Shown here: piece by piece, positions 1 through 12,340 of the stretch | Position numbering within the stretch: the stretch's first letter is position 1 | How the letters are laid out: the number at the start of each line of letters is the position of its first letter | From: Mizuhopecten yessoensis | Lineage: Eukaryota | NCBI RefSeq assembly: GCF_002113885.1 | Contig: NW_018405139.1 | Span: forward strand, 1,251,572-1,315,571 | Direction of reading: 5' to 3' | Length of the DNA: 64,000 bases | Notes under the pieces: model-generated | Told to the model about the DNA's origin: nothing | Seen by the model: only the letters and a program-made list of their open reading frames with translations | The model's database searches: none | Program-made: the position numbers and the translations under genes

Positions 1-3000
1 GTCATCACTAGACTGAATCATGTTACGCCATCACTAGACTGAATCATGTTACGTCATCACTAGACTGAATCATGTTACATCATCACTAGACTGAATTATG
101 TTACGCCATCACTAGACTGCATCATGTTACGTCATCATCAGACAGAATCATGTTACGCCATCACTAGACTGAATCATGTTACGTTATCACTAGACTGAAT
201 CATGTTACGTCATCACTAGACTGAATCATGTTACGTCATCACTAGACTGAATCATGTTACGTCATCACTAGACTGAATCATGTTACGTCATCACTAGACT
301 GAATCATGTTACGTCATCACTAGACTGAATCATGTTACGTCATCACTAGACTGAATCATGTTACGTCATCACTAGACTGAATCATGTTACGTCATCACTA
401 GACTGAATCATGTTACGTCATCACTAGACTGAATCATGTTACGTCATCACTAGACTGAATCATGTTACGTCATCACTAGACTGAATCATGTTACGTCATC
501 ACTAGACTGAATCATGTTACGTCATCACTAGACTGAATCATGTTACGTCATCACTAGACTGAATCATGTTACGTCATCACTAGACTGAATCATGTTACGT
601 CATCACTAGACTGAATCATGTTACGTCATCACTAGACTGAATCATGTTACGTCATCACTAGACTGAATCATGTTACGTCATCACTAGACTGAATCATGTT
701 ACGTCATCACTAGACTGAATCATGTTACGTCATCACTAGACTGAATCATGTTACGTCATCACTAGACTGAATCATGTTACGTCATCACTAGACTGAATCA
801 TGTTACGTCATCACTAGACTGAATCATGTTACGTCATCACTAGACTGAATCATGTTACGTCATCACTAGACTGAATCATGTTACGTCATCACTAGACTGA
901 ATCATGTTACGTCATCACTAGACTGAATCATGTTACGTCATCACTAGACTGAATCATGTTACGTCATCACTAGACTGAATCATGTTACGTCATCACTAGA
1001 CTGAATCATGTTACGTCATCACTAGACTGAATCATGTTACGTCATCACTAGACTGAATCATGTTACGTCATCACTAGACTGAATCATGTTACGTCATCAC
1101 TAGACTGAATCATGTTACGTCATCACTAGACTGAATCATGTTACGTCATCACTAGACTGAATCATGTTACGTCATCACTAGACTGAATCATGTTACGTCA
1201 TCACTAGACTGAATCATGTTACGTCATCACTAGACTGAATCATGTTACGTCATCACTAGACTGAATCATGTTACGTCATCACTAGACTGAATCATGTTAC
1301 GTCATCACTAGACTGAATCATGTTACGTCATCACTAGACTGAATCATGTTACGTCATCACTAGACTGAATCATGTTACGTCATCACTAGACTGAATCATG
1401 TTACGTCATCACTAGACTGAATCATGTTACGTCATCACTAGACTGAATCATGTTACGTCATCACTAGACTGAATCATGTTACGTCATCACTAGACTGAAT
1501 CATGTTACGTCATCACTAGACTGAATCATGTTACGTCATCACTAGACTGAATCATGTTACGTCATCACTAGACTGAATCATGTTACGTCATCACTAGACT
1601 GAATCATGTTACGTCATCACTAGACTGAATCATGTTACGTCATCACTAGACTGAATCATGTTACGTCATCACTAGACTGAATCATGTTACGTCATCACTA
1701 GACTGAATCATGTTACGTCATCACTAGACTGAATCATGTTACGTCATCACTAGACTGAATCATGTTACGTCATCACTAGACTGAATCATGTTACGTCATC
1801 ACTAGACTGAATCATGTTACGTCATCACTAGACTGAATCATGTTACGTCATCACTAGACTGAATCATGTTACGTCATCACTAGACTGAATCATGTTACGT
1901 CATCACTAGACTGAATCATGTTACGTCATCACTAGACTGAATCATGTTACGTCATCACTAGACTGAATCATGTTACGTCATCACTAGACTGAATCATGTT
2001 ACGTCATCACTAGACTGAATCATGTTACGTCATCACTAGACTGAATCATGTTACGTCATCACTAGACTGAATCATGTTACGTCATCACTAGACTGAATCA
2101 TGTTACGTCATCACTAGACTGAATCATGTTACGTCATCACTAGACTGAATCATGTTACGTCATCACTAGACTGAATCATGTTACGTCATCACTAGACTGA
2201 ATCATGTTACGTCATCACTAGACTGAATCATGTTACGTCATCACTAGACTGAATCATGTTACGTCATCACTAGACTGAATCATGTTACGTCATCACTAGA
2301 CTGAATCATGTTACGTCATCACTAGACTGAATCATGTTACGTCATCACTAGACTGAATCATGTTACGTCATCACTAGACTGAATCATGTTACGTCATCAC
2401 TAGACTGAATCATGTTACGTCATCACTAGACTGAATCATGTTACGTCATCACTAGACTGAATCATGTTACGTCATCACTAGACTGAATCATGTTACGTCA
2501 TCACTAGACTGAATCATGTTACGTCATCACTAGACTGAATCATGTTACGTCATCACTAGACTGAATCATGTTACGTCATCACTAGACTGAATCATGTTAC
2601 GTCATCACTAGACTGAATCATGTTACGTCATCACTAGACTGAATCATGTTACGTCATCACTAGACTGAATCATGTTACGTCATCACTAGACTGAATCATG
2701 TTACGTCATCACTAGACTGAATCATGTTACGTCATCACTAGACTGAATCATGTTACGTCATCACTAGACTGAATCATGTTACGTCATCACTAGACTGAAT
2801 CATGTTACGTCATCACTAGACTGAATCATGTTACGTCATCACTAGACTGAATCATGTTACGTCATCACTAGACTGAATCATGTTACGTCATCACTAGACT
2901 GAATCATGTTACATCATCACTAGACTGTGAATCATGTTACGTCATAACTTGACTGAATCATGTTACGTCATCACTATACTGTGAATCATGTTAAGTCATC

Positions 3001-4080
3001 ACTAGGCTGAATCATGTTACATCAGAATCATGTTACGTCATCACTAGACTGAATCACGTTACGTCATCACTACTGAATCATGTTACGTCATCACTAGACT
3101 GAGTCATGTTACATCATCACTAGACTGTGAATCATGTTACGTCATCACTAAACTGAATTATGTTACGTCATCACTAGACTGAATCATCTTACATCATCAC
3201 TGGACTGAATCATGTTACGTCATCACTAGACTGATTCATGTTACGTCATCACTAGACTGAATCATGTTAAGTCAGCACTAGACTGAATCATGTTACGTCA
3301 TCACTTGACTGAATCATGTTACGTCATCACTAGACTGAGTCGTGTTACGTCATCACTAGACTGAATCATGTTAAGTCAGCACTAGACTGAATCATGTTAC
3401 GTCATCACTTGACTGAATCATGTTACGTCATCACTAGACTGATTCATGTTACGTCATCACTAGACTGAATCATGTTCCGTCATCACTAGACTGAATCATG
3501 TTACATCATCAATAGACTGTGAATCATGTTACGTCATCACTAGACTGAATAATGTTACGTCATCACTAGACTGAATCACGTTACGTCATCACTACTGAAT
3601 CATGTTACGTCATCACTAGACTGAATAATGTTACGTCATCACTAGACTGAATCACGTTACGTCATCACTACTGAATCATGTTACGTCATCACTAGACTGA
3701 GTCATGTTACGTCATCACTAGACTGAATCATGTTAAGTCATCACTAGACTGAATAATGTTACGTCATCACTAGACTGAATCACGTTACGTCATCACTAGT
3801 CAATGTGAATCAAAATACGTCTTCACTAGACTGAATCATGTTACGTCATCACTAGACTGAATCACGTTACGTCATCACTAGTCAATGTGAATCAAACTAC
3901 GTCATCACTAGACTGAATCATGTAACGTCATCACTAGTCAGTGTGAATCATGTTACGTCATCACTAGACTGACTCATGTTAAGTCATCACTAGTCGGTGT
4001 GAATCATGTAATGTCATCACTAGACTGAATCATGTTACGTCATCACTAGTCAGTGTGAATCATGTGACGTCATCACTAGA
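1..4080. repeat. Tandem array, 26-bp unit GTCATCACTAGACTGAATCATGTTAC (~155 copies, runs off the left edge)
   Basis: Unit read directly. Copies look identical from ~186 to ~2912; substitutions and 24/28-bp variants appear after 2913. Confidence 0.98.
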
Positions 4081-4725
4081 CAGTGCGAACCATGTTTATT
4101 CACCAGGAGACCGTGTGAACCATGTTGCGTCACCAGGAGACCGTGTGAACCATGTTGCGTCACCAGGAGACCGTGTGAACTGTGTTGCGTCACCGGGAGA
4201 CCGTGTGAACCATATTGCATCACTAGGAGACCGTGTGAACGATATTGCATCACTAGGAGACCGTGTGAACCATGTTGCGTCACCAGGAAACAGTGTGAAC
4301 CATGTTGCATCACCAGGAGACCGTGTGAACCATATTGCATCACCAGGAGACCGTGTGAACCATGTTGCGTCACCAGGAGACCGTGTGAACCATGTTGCGT
4401 CACCAGGAGACCGTGTGAACTGTTGCGTCACCAGGAGACGGTGTGAACCATATTGCATCACCAGGAGACCGTGTGAACCATATTGCGTCATCATTAGAAA
4501 GTGTGAACCATATTGTGTCACCAGGAGACCGTGTGAAACATATTGCGTCACAAGTAGACCGTGTTTACCATATTGCGTCACCAGGAGACAGTGTGAATCA
4601 TATTGTGTCACCAGGAGACAGTGTGAACCATATTGTGTCACCAGGAGACCGTGTGAACCATATTGCGTCACCAGGAAAAAGTGTGAACTATATTGCGTCA
4701 CCAGTTGACCGGGTGAATCATGTGA
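4081..4725. repeat. Tandem array, 30-bp unit GTCACCAGGAGACCGTGTGAACCATRTTGC (~21 copies), related to the 26-bp unit
   Basis: 30-bp period read directly. Aligns to the 26-bp unit with a 4-bp insertion, and intermediate units occur at ~3930-4085. Confidence 0.95.
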
Positions 4726-5030
4726 CGTCATCACTAGACAATATATATCACGTCACGTCAACGCTAGACTGAATCATGACCTGTCATCACTAGACAGTGT
4801 ATCATGTTACGTCTCCACTAGACTGTATCCTATAACGTCAACGCTAGACTGAATCATGTAACGTCATCACGAGACTGTATTCTGTTACGTCACCGCTAGA
4901 CTTAATCATGTTGCGTCACCACTAGACCGTGTATCATGTAACGTCATCACTAGACTGTGTATCCTGTTACGTCACCGCTAGACTGAATCGTGTTACGTCA
5001 TCACTAGACTATGTATCATGTTACGCCACC
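4726..5030. repeat. Degenerate 26-28-bp units forming the right edge of the array
   Basis: Diverged copies of CGTCATCACTAGACTG(TGT)ATCATGTTA. Confidence 0.9.
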
Positions 5031-5272
5031 ATTAGGCAGTAGATTATATCACTGTTCTCATTGTTTAGATCGCAGATATCAACACTGGTGTCATAAGTGT
5101 CGCCAACAGACCAGACAAAATGTTGAAGTAATGCCGGGAAATGTACATTATACATGCAAAGTTCTAAATGTTTACGAAAGTGTCGCACTGAGTAAGAAAA
5201 TCTTGAAACTTCGAAGTGATTTGTATAGACAACTGTTTTCTTGATTTTTACCGTTTTGTCCTGTATGACCTT

Positions 5273-5338
5273 ATGGATTATAACAAAGAATTTATATCAA
5301 ATCACATGGATTATAACAAAGAATTTATATCAAATCAT
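5273..5338. repeat. 33-bp tandem duplication
   Basis: ATGGATTATAACAAAGAATTTATATCAAATCA(C/T) occurs twice head-to-tail. Confidence 0.95.
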
Positions 5339-6014
5339 ATCGAAATTGCAATAACGGGTACACAATCTTTTGTTCTTGGGGGAAACCCATGTATAGTAAC
5401 AGTATTCGATGACGCATGTATTACACGGTCCTAACAGGCACCGTAATCGAATCAGTGTAATGCATAACATTCAAACATCTTACTATTATACTAATACAGT
5501 TCATAGGATCTAAGGTATTTTAATGCAATTAAAACCAGGAAGGTTTGTGAAACCAGAGCTGACCAGTAAGTTTCACGGTGCCAGCCAAATATGTGCGTCC
5601 ATACAAACACATGTATTTCTATATGCATTTTAGGTGTGTTTTTACGCTTTGTGTTGTCGAGTTAACGGTGAATTCTTTAGATACATACTAAAGTGCACTG
5701 AATGAGCCTCAAGGCCGAATGCTACGTTACTATAACGTGTTTGCGTCTCCTTATTCAAAAGTTCCGTACAACCGAGAAACGTGGAAAAGGATATTTTCAA
5801 AATGTACACAAAAATATTCTTTATTACACTCAAGAAATCGTGGATTATAAACTAAATTAATTAAAAACATAGTTTAAATCTTACATAATTCATGATGTTT
5901 AAAGTTAGACTTTATTTCTATATATGAAATCTCCTAAGATTCACTAACTTAAATTAAGCACTCAGATTCACGAAACCGCGAAACCGTGATCTAGCAGTTG
6001 ACCCCGTCCTTCTT

Positions 6015-6941
6015 TTTTAAACTTTAAACATATTTATTGCTAATAAAATAGAACAAGGGATTGGGCACAAGTTATTACAACTTATCAAAGCCTTCTCCCG
6101 TCATACATTTACAATTACATGTCAACAATGATAATAGGCATAAACATGAAGTAGATGTATATATATAATATTCACACAGGTACAAATACACAACTTTAAA
6201 AAAGCACCGTTCAAAATCTTTTGCTGGATTTGATGAAGTGATGCACATGTCTAAAAATGTCAGAGTTAAGGTCTACCGAAAGATCTGGATTGCCAAATAA
6301 GAGGATTTCTAAATTTAAATCTATACCTAAGGCATTCAAATTTTGAAATAAAATACGCCTTTCATTGCTAAAAAGTTGACACTCAAAGAAAAAGTGAAAG
6401 ACATTCTCACATGGATGTCCACAGATGCAAAATGGACTCTCGACAAGATTAACTCTGTAAAGGTCATACTTAAGGGAACTACAATTGTGCCTCAGTTTAG
6501 TATGTATAATATTTAATTTACGTTCTCCAAAACTGAAGTAGATAGGAGGAGATGGTTGTAAATTTGAGGTAAGAGAGTTTTTAAATTAATATATAGAAGG
6601 CAACGATCGTTCTGATAGACCTATGGAGTTCCAGCTACGAAGAGTGGAAGGTATAAAGGAAAGATTGGTAAGAGAAAGCCCAAATAGAGGAACTCTATAA
6701 TCACTGTTATTTCTAAGAGCGTACCTGTTATTTTCTGCAATAGTAGGTGGCAGGAGATCGTTTAAATAATCTGGAGTTGAGTTGTTTTGCATTTTGTATA
6801 AAAGTTGGAGTTTTCTACGTTTTCGACGATTAGAAAGACTTTCTAAACCCGTTTCAAAATGGAAATCTTCGATACGGGCATATGAAGGAAGAACGGATAT
6901 AATTCGAGCAGCTTCTCTTTGGGCTTTCCCTAATTTTTTCA
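6015..6941 (-). mobile_element. 5'-truncated non-LTR retrotransposon (CR1/L2 group): ORF2 C-terminus plus 3' UTR
   Basis: Minus-strand ORF 6586-6942 (QREAARIIS...LESLSNRRKRRKLQLLYKM...SFIPSTLRSWN) and downstream KLRHNCSSL...HFFFEC...LLFGN match the post-RT region of CR1-group ORF2. The 3' end has AATAAA and an A-rich tail, and the element is flanked by CTTCTT at 6009-6014 and 6942-6947. Confidence 0.85.
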
Positions 6942-7015
6942 CTTCTTCACGTTCAATGGGGAATCGAACCCCGGCCGTCTTGGAGAAATTGCGAATGCGC
7001 TATCGACTCCCAACA
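6942..7015 (-). mobile_element. tRNA-derived SINE head (same family as 52728-52947), split from its body by the LINE
   Basis: TTCACGTTCAATGGGGAATCGAACCCCGGCCGTCTTGGAGAAATTGC aligns to the reverse complement of the 52.7-kb SINE head. A decayed continuation lies at ~5965-6014. Confidence 0.75.
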
Positions 7016-8530
7016 ACTAAAATCACAAGTTTAATGTGTAAGGTAACATTATATTACCTTGAACTTCAATAAAAATGCAACATTATGTAGACCAGAAACG
7101 AAATGTCCGTCTAATTTCTCCAAATAAGTTATAAACGCGTTTTCATATAGTTCAAAATCCAAACTTCACCGGCTTTAAACCGGCTTCGTTTCTTTGATTA
7201 GATATATGGCGGGTCTACTTTAAAAGAGCAGGGGTTATCAGGTTTACCTTGCTTCGGCGAATGTAGTCGATACATTCAACTTTATTAACAAATATGTTTA
7301 AACCGTCTAAATGAATCATTTTCTAGCGTAAAAAGTATCTACACTCTAGCCCTAAAAATATAACTAAGTATGGAACTTTATTTTTTGTTCTTTCAGTTAT
7401 CAATAGAGAATATTTTAACGATCACGCTTGAAATATTTTAAATATTGACGGTCAACAGGAATCCATATTTAAGATAACTAGTCTTTATAGAGATTTTTAT
7501 TAACTTTACAAACAAACTAAAAAGAAATAAGGTTTCCAATTTTCATAGGAAGAATAAAGAAAACAAACCAGTAAAAGCAAATCATTAACTATTTTGTTTG
7601 TCAATGTTTTCTTTAGAAATTTAGGTCCTAGTATTTGCTTGCAGATTTTTAAGCCATGCTTATTGATCATTTAGCTTGCTTTTTTTTAACTTTCATATTG
7701 TAAGAATGACTGAAATTGGGTAGATTGGCCAATTATCAGTTGATGTGTTTCTTTTTAGGAAACGGGGTTTTATAAATATCCGAGTATATTTTTGAATGCT
7801 TTTCTTATTGAATAATATTTTTCGGAGTTATTCAGGTATCATTCTTAATGAAGAAATTTTATTTCAACAGATAACTTGTTAGTTCCCTTTTTTCGCTGTG
7901 GTATATTCGCTATTCGATAACAGATATCAGTTTTATGTTTTTTACCCCAATAAAATTAAATCACAAATTTAACATACATCTTCATCAGGAAATAATGTAC
8001 TTATTTACACACTTTTACAATAATTTTATTTCCAAAGTTAACATTAATGAACATAGGATATTTTCTAATTTCTATTTAACCAACATTTTATCTCTTTCTA
8101 TCTCGATGTGTTTGGATTTCGATCAATGTAGCTATCAAATGTACTGAAACTCTACTGATATCGCACCAGCAGCACTGGGAAGTCCCGATAAGATGAAAAC
8201 ACATTTTTTTAACATGTATAAAATTGATGTATATACCTACAAATAATGTCCATCGAGTTGATTTCGTAGATATTGAGTAATGATGGTTCAAAGCTAACTC
8301 AACAGGAAGTCTAGTCAGGTGACGAAATTAAAGAGACTTCTTCATGAGTCCTATCTACAAAAGAGTTCCAAATTATCTCTTTCATAACTTACTCGTTTCT
8401 CCCGTAGCTTCGATCTCAAACCCATTACATCTGATATTGTGCAGACGATAACTAGACTTAAAAAGTCACTGAACGTGATTCTAGACTGTTTTATAACCAC
8501 ACCTATATCTACTTCATATTCAATACCTAA

Positions 8531-8673
8531 GCGATTGCTTAGAAAGACATTTGTTCAGTGCTTCACCTATAAAAACACAGGGACCTGAGAATTTGTAACA
8601 GCGATTGCTTAAGGAAGACATTTGTTCAGTGCTTCACCGATAAAAAGCACAGGAACCTGATAATTTGTTACAG
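8531..8673. repeat. ~70-bp imperfect tandem duplication
   Basis: GCGATTGCTTA...AAGACATTTGTTCAGTGCTTCACC...ACCTGA.AATTTGT.ACAGC starts at 8531 and again at 8601. Confidence 0.9.
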
Positions 8674-9609
8674 CCATATTTGGACCTTAACTAACTGAGT
8701 TGTTTAGAGTAATTTTAACACGTTTTAGGAGTTAAAATCAATTTTCGGTATGATGCAAAAAATACACTTCATGAACACCTCAGTTCAGGTCCAATTCTCT
8801 GGTCCATGTGATAAAAAAAATACTGAATTTGAGTTAAGAATCGTCATATAGTTATTGATGAGTGCAGTGATGGATCGATCTAGGGGAGGAGGTAACCCGG
8901 ACAGAAAAATAACTTAAAATTCATCTGTGATTTACAATAAAGACAACAGCCTTTGTCTGCATTAAAGCGGCGTGGCTGTCGTTTATGATAACTCTTTATT
9001 CTGGAATTAGTTCCGGAAAACCAAATTCCGGCTGACGAGGTGTCCTGTACGCATTGTTCCATATATCCAGCACATTACAGGAGCCAGACCATTTATTTCT
9101 ACACCAGACATTACCCCCAACCCCTGGACAGACACATTATTAAGCAGTCACGTACATATAAGTACTGGTTTACCAAGTGTGGAGTCCCTGTATCGGTTCT
9201 ACAGGAAACATATTATTTTCTCCTGTTTGACGCTGGAGTATCGAAAACTACTTTTCTTTCAACTTGACTAAAGCTCATTATTGAAATAACTTTAAGCTGA
9301 TCCTATTTGCAACTATCAATAAAAACATGAGGAGGGGTAAGCGATCAAATTTCGAGTTCGCTTTTTGCTACCACCACCCCCAAACAACATTTTTTAACAT
9401 GGTTATGAAGGTTCTGTCGGATTTCTTCATCTAACTACTCGTCTCCTTCTAATACGAGATCATAGTCCAGTAGATTATATATATATATGTTCAAACATAC
9501 CGTATGGGTTTAGTCTCGGGGTATATATATAACATAATGATAACAGATAATTTCATTCATGTTTTTATTATTTATTTAGAAAAAATATATAGACGTATGC
9601 TTTGAAAAC

Positions 9610-9640
9610 NGGGGGGGGGGGGGGGGAGTGGAGGGGGGTG
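9610..9640. other. Ambiguous base (n) followed by a poly-G tract; possible contig join
   Basis: 'n' at 9610 followed by a G run; continuity across this point is not guaranteed. Confidence 0.8.
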
Positions 9641-10194
9641 GTGATGACGGCGGAATACAGATTTCTGTGACAATGGCAGTCCATGGACCACACCTAATGA
9701 TTCACACGTTTTTACGTGGCGAGGTGTTATACTGTTTTACACCTGACTTATATACTCACAGTTAGCGTGAGAAATTTCGCACCTGCTTCAATGGCGGCCA
9801 TTGTAACATAGCTCGTTAATAGCCCTGCTCCGGGACAGTGGCATGCAATCGCCACGTCGCCATCTTCAAAGTAAATAGTCTGACATCATTGTGCATGGAC
9901 GGGATCAACTATGTACGCATATATAAAAGCCAGATGCTTAAACGCTAGACATATACGGAGGTGATCAAAGTGCTTCATTTGAATTTTACGGCCCTGTAAT
10001 CCTCTTAAATGACACTGGTTTTCAGCAGGTATACCTTTATGTAGTGTGAGACGAACTAGTATAGTACAACTCCTCCTCCTAGTCGTCATATCCCTCTTCC
10101 TCGTCATCTCCCTCAGGACATGTCATATTACAGACATGGCCTCTAGTCAACTCGACCGGTCACACTAACGAATTTTAACCTGAAGGCTTGCAGC

Positions 10195-11803
10195 TGGTCA
10201 GATTACAGAGGTGACTTGTGATCCTTTGTGATGCCACGACTGGCCAGATTACTCAGGTGACTTGTGGTCCCACGACTGAAGGGATTATCGAGGTGACTTT
10301 ATGGTCCCACGACTGGAGAGATTATCGTGGTGACTTGGTCCCACGACAAGTTAGATTACTCAGGTGACTTGTGGTACCAGGACTAGTCAGAATACCGTGG
10401 TGACTTGTCGTACCACGACTGAACAGATTACTGAGGTGACTTGTGGTCCCACGACATGTCAGATTACCGAGATGAGTTGTGGTCACACGACTGGTCAGAT
10501 TACCGATGTGACGTGTGGTCCCACAACTGGTCAGATTACCGAGATGACATGTGGTTCCACGACTGGTCAGAATACCGAGATGACTTGTGGTCACACGACT
10601 GGTCAGATTACCGACATGACTTGTGGTCACACGACTGGTCAGATTACTGATGTGACTTGTGGACACACGACTGGTCAGACTACCGATGTGACTTGTGGTC
10701 CCACGACTTGTCAGATTACCGAGATGACTTGTGGTCCCATGACTGGTCAGACTACCGATGTGACTTGTGGTCCCATGACGGGTCGGATTACCGAGATGAC
10801 TCGTAGTCACACGACTGGTCAGATTACTGATGTGACTTGTGGTCCCACGACTGGTCAGATTACCGAGATGACTTGTGGTCACACGACTGGTCAGATTACT
10901 GATGTGACTTGTGGGCACACGACTGGTCAGACTACCGATGTGACTTGTGGTCCCATGACGGGTCGGATTACCGAGATGACTCGTAGTCACACGACTGGTC
11001 AGATTACTGATGTGACTTGTGGTCCCACGACTGGTCAGATTACCGATGTGACTTGTGGTCACACGACTGGTCAGATTACTGATGTGACTTGTGGGCACAC
11101 GACTGGTCAGACTACCGAAATGACTTGTGGTCCCATGACGGGTCGGATTACCGAGATGACTCGTAGTCACACGACTGGTCAGATTACTGATGTGACTTGT
11201 GGTCCCACGACTGGTCAGATTACCGATGTGACTTGTGGTCACACGACTGGTCAGATTACTGATGTGACTTGTGGGCACACGACTGGTCAGACTACCGAAA
11301 TGACTTGTGGTCCCATGACGGGTCGGATTACCGAGATGACTCGTAGTCACACGACTGGTCAGATTACTGATGTGACTTGTGGTCCCACGACTGGTCAGAT
11401 TACCGATGTGACTTGTGGTCACACGACTGGTCAGATTACTGATGTGACTTGTGGGCACACGACTGGTCAGACTACCGAAATGACTTGTGGTCCCATGACG
11501 GGTCGGATTACCGAGATGACTCGTAGTCACACGACTGGTCAGATTACTGATGTGAGTTGTGGTCCCACGACTGGTCAGATTACCGATGTGACTTGTGGTC
11601 ACACGACGGGTTGGATTACCGAGATGACTCGTGGTCACACGACTGGTCAGACTACCGATGTGACTTGTGGTCACACGACTGGTCAGATTACTGATGTGAC
11701 TTGTGGTCCCACGACTGGTCAGATTACCGAAATGACTTGTGGTCCAACGACTGGTCAGATTACCGAAATGACTTGTGGTCCCACGACTGGTCAGATTACC
11801 GAT
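10195..11803. repeat. Tandem array, 36-bp unit GTGACTTGTGGTC(A/C)CACGACTGGTCAGATTACCGAT (~44 copies) with a 180-bp five-unit higher-order repeat
   Basis: 36-bp period gives 12-aa repeats in the ORF track. The variant TCGTAGTCAC recurs at 10801, 10981, 11161, 11341 and 11521. Confidence 0.97.
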
Positions 11804-11959
11804 AAACTAAAGGGTTCATCATCGTCTCCACGACTTTTCTCATTGCTCGTTTCCTCATTTATTATATTTTTGTTCTATTCAATATGTTATGTTGATGGCG
11901 ACATTTTGCTCTCGTCTTTTATAATGGAATGTTAACGCTGCTAGGTAAAGTATTTTGTA

Positions 11960-12340
11960 AAATATTTACGGTAATTAGAATCGCTATTTTGGAATGACTG
12001 AATGACCCAAGTTTCTTTTTTACAGGTTAACTATGAATGTTTACGTCAATATATACGATAAAGTCTTATTTGGAATATTAATGCTGTCATTTCAATGTAA
12101 TTTTTACATTGGTAAATAGTGCCATTTTAAGAATATTTACGGTAATAGGCTGTGTCATATTTGGAACGTTACGGTTTTAAATAGTGTCATTTAATCTTTC
12201 CGGTGATATTTAGTGTCATAATATTTGAAAAGTATACGCTTTTTACGGTATTTATTATCATATATAATATTACGGCAACATATCATCATATTTGGAATGT
12301 TGTTTACGGTAAAAAATAAAGTGTCATATTTAGAATGTTG
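11960..12340. repeat. Old, highly degenerate tandem array (~30-40-bp unit, roughly TTTACGGTAA...GTGTCATATTTGGAATG)
   Basis: Recurring TTACGG and GTCATATTTGGAA motifs, about ten copies. Confidence 0.7.

Noticed and set aside
4050-4772. Overlapping 109-217-aa ORFs, including Cys-rich CEPYCVTRRP repeats
   Set aside because: They are translations of the 30-bp unit in several frames on both strands; the frame shifts at a 2-bp deletion near 4420, and the starts are not ATG.
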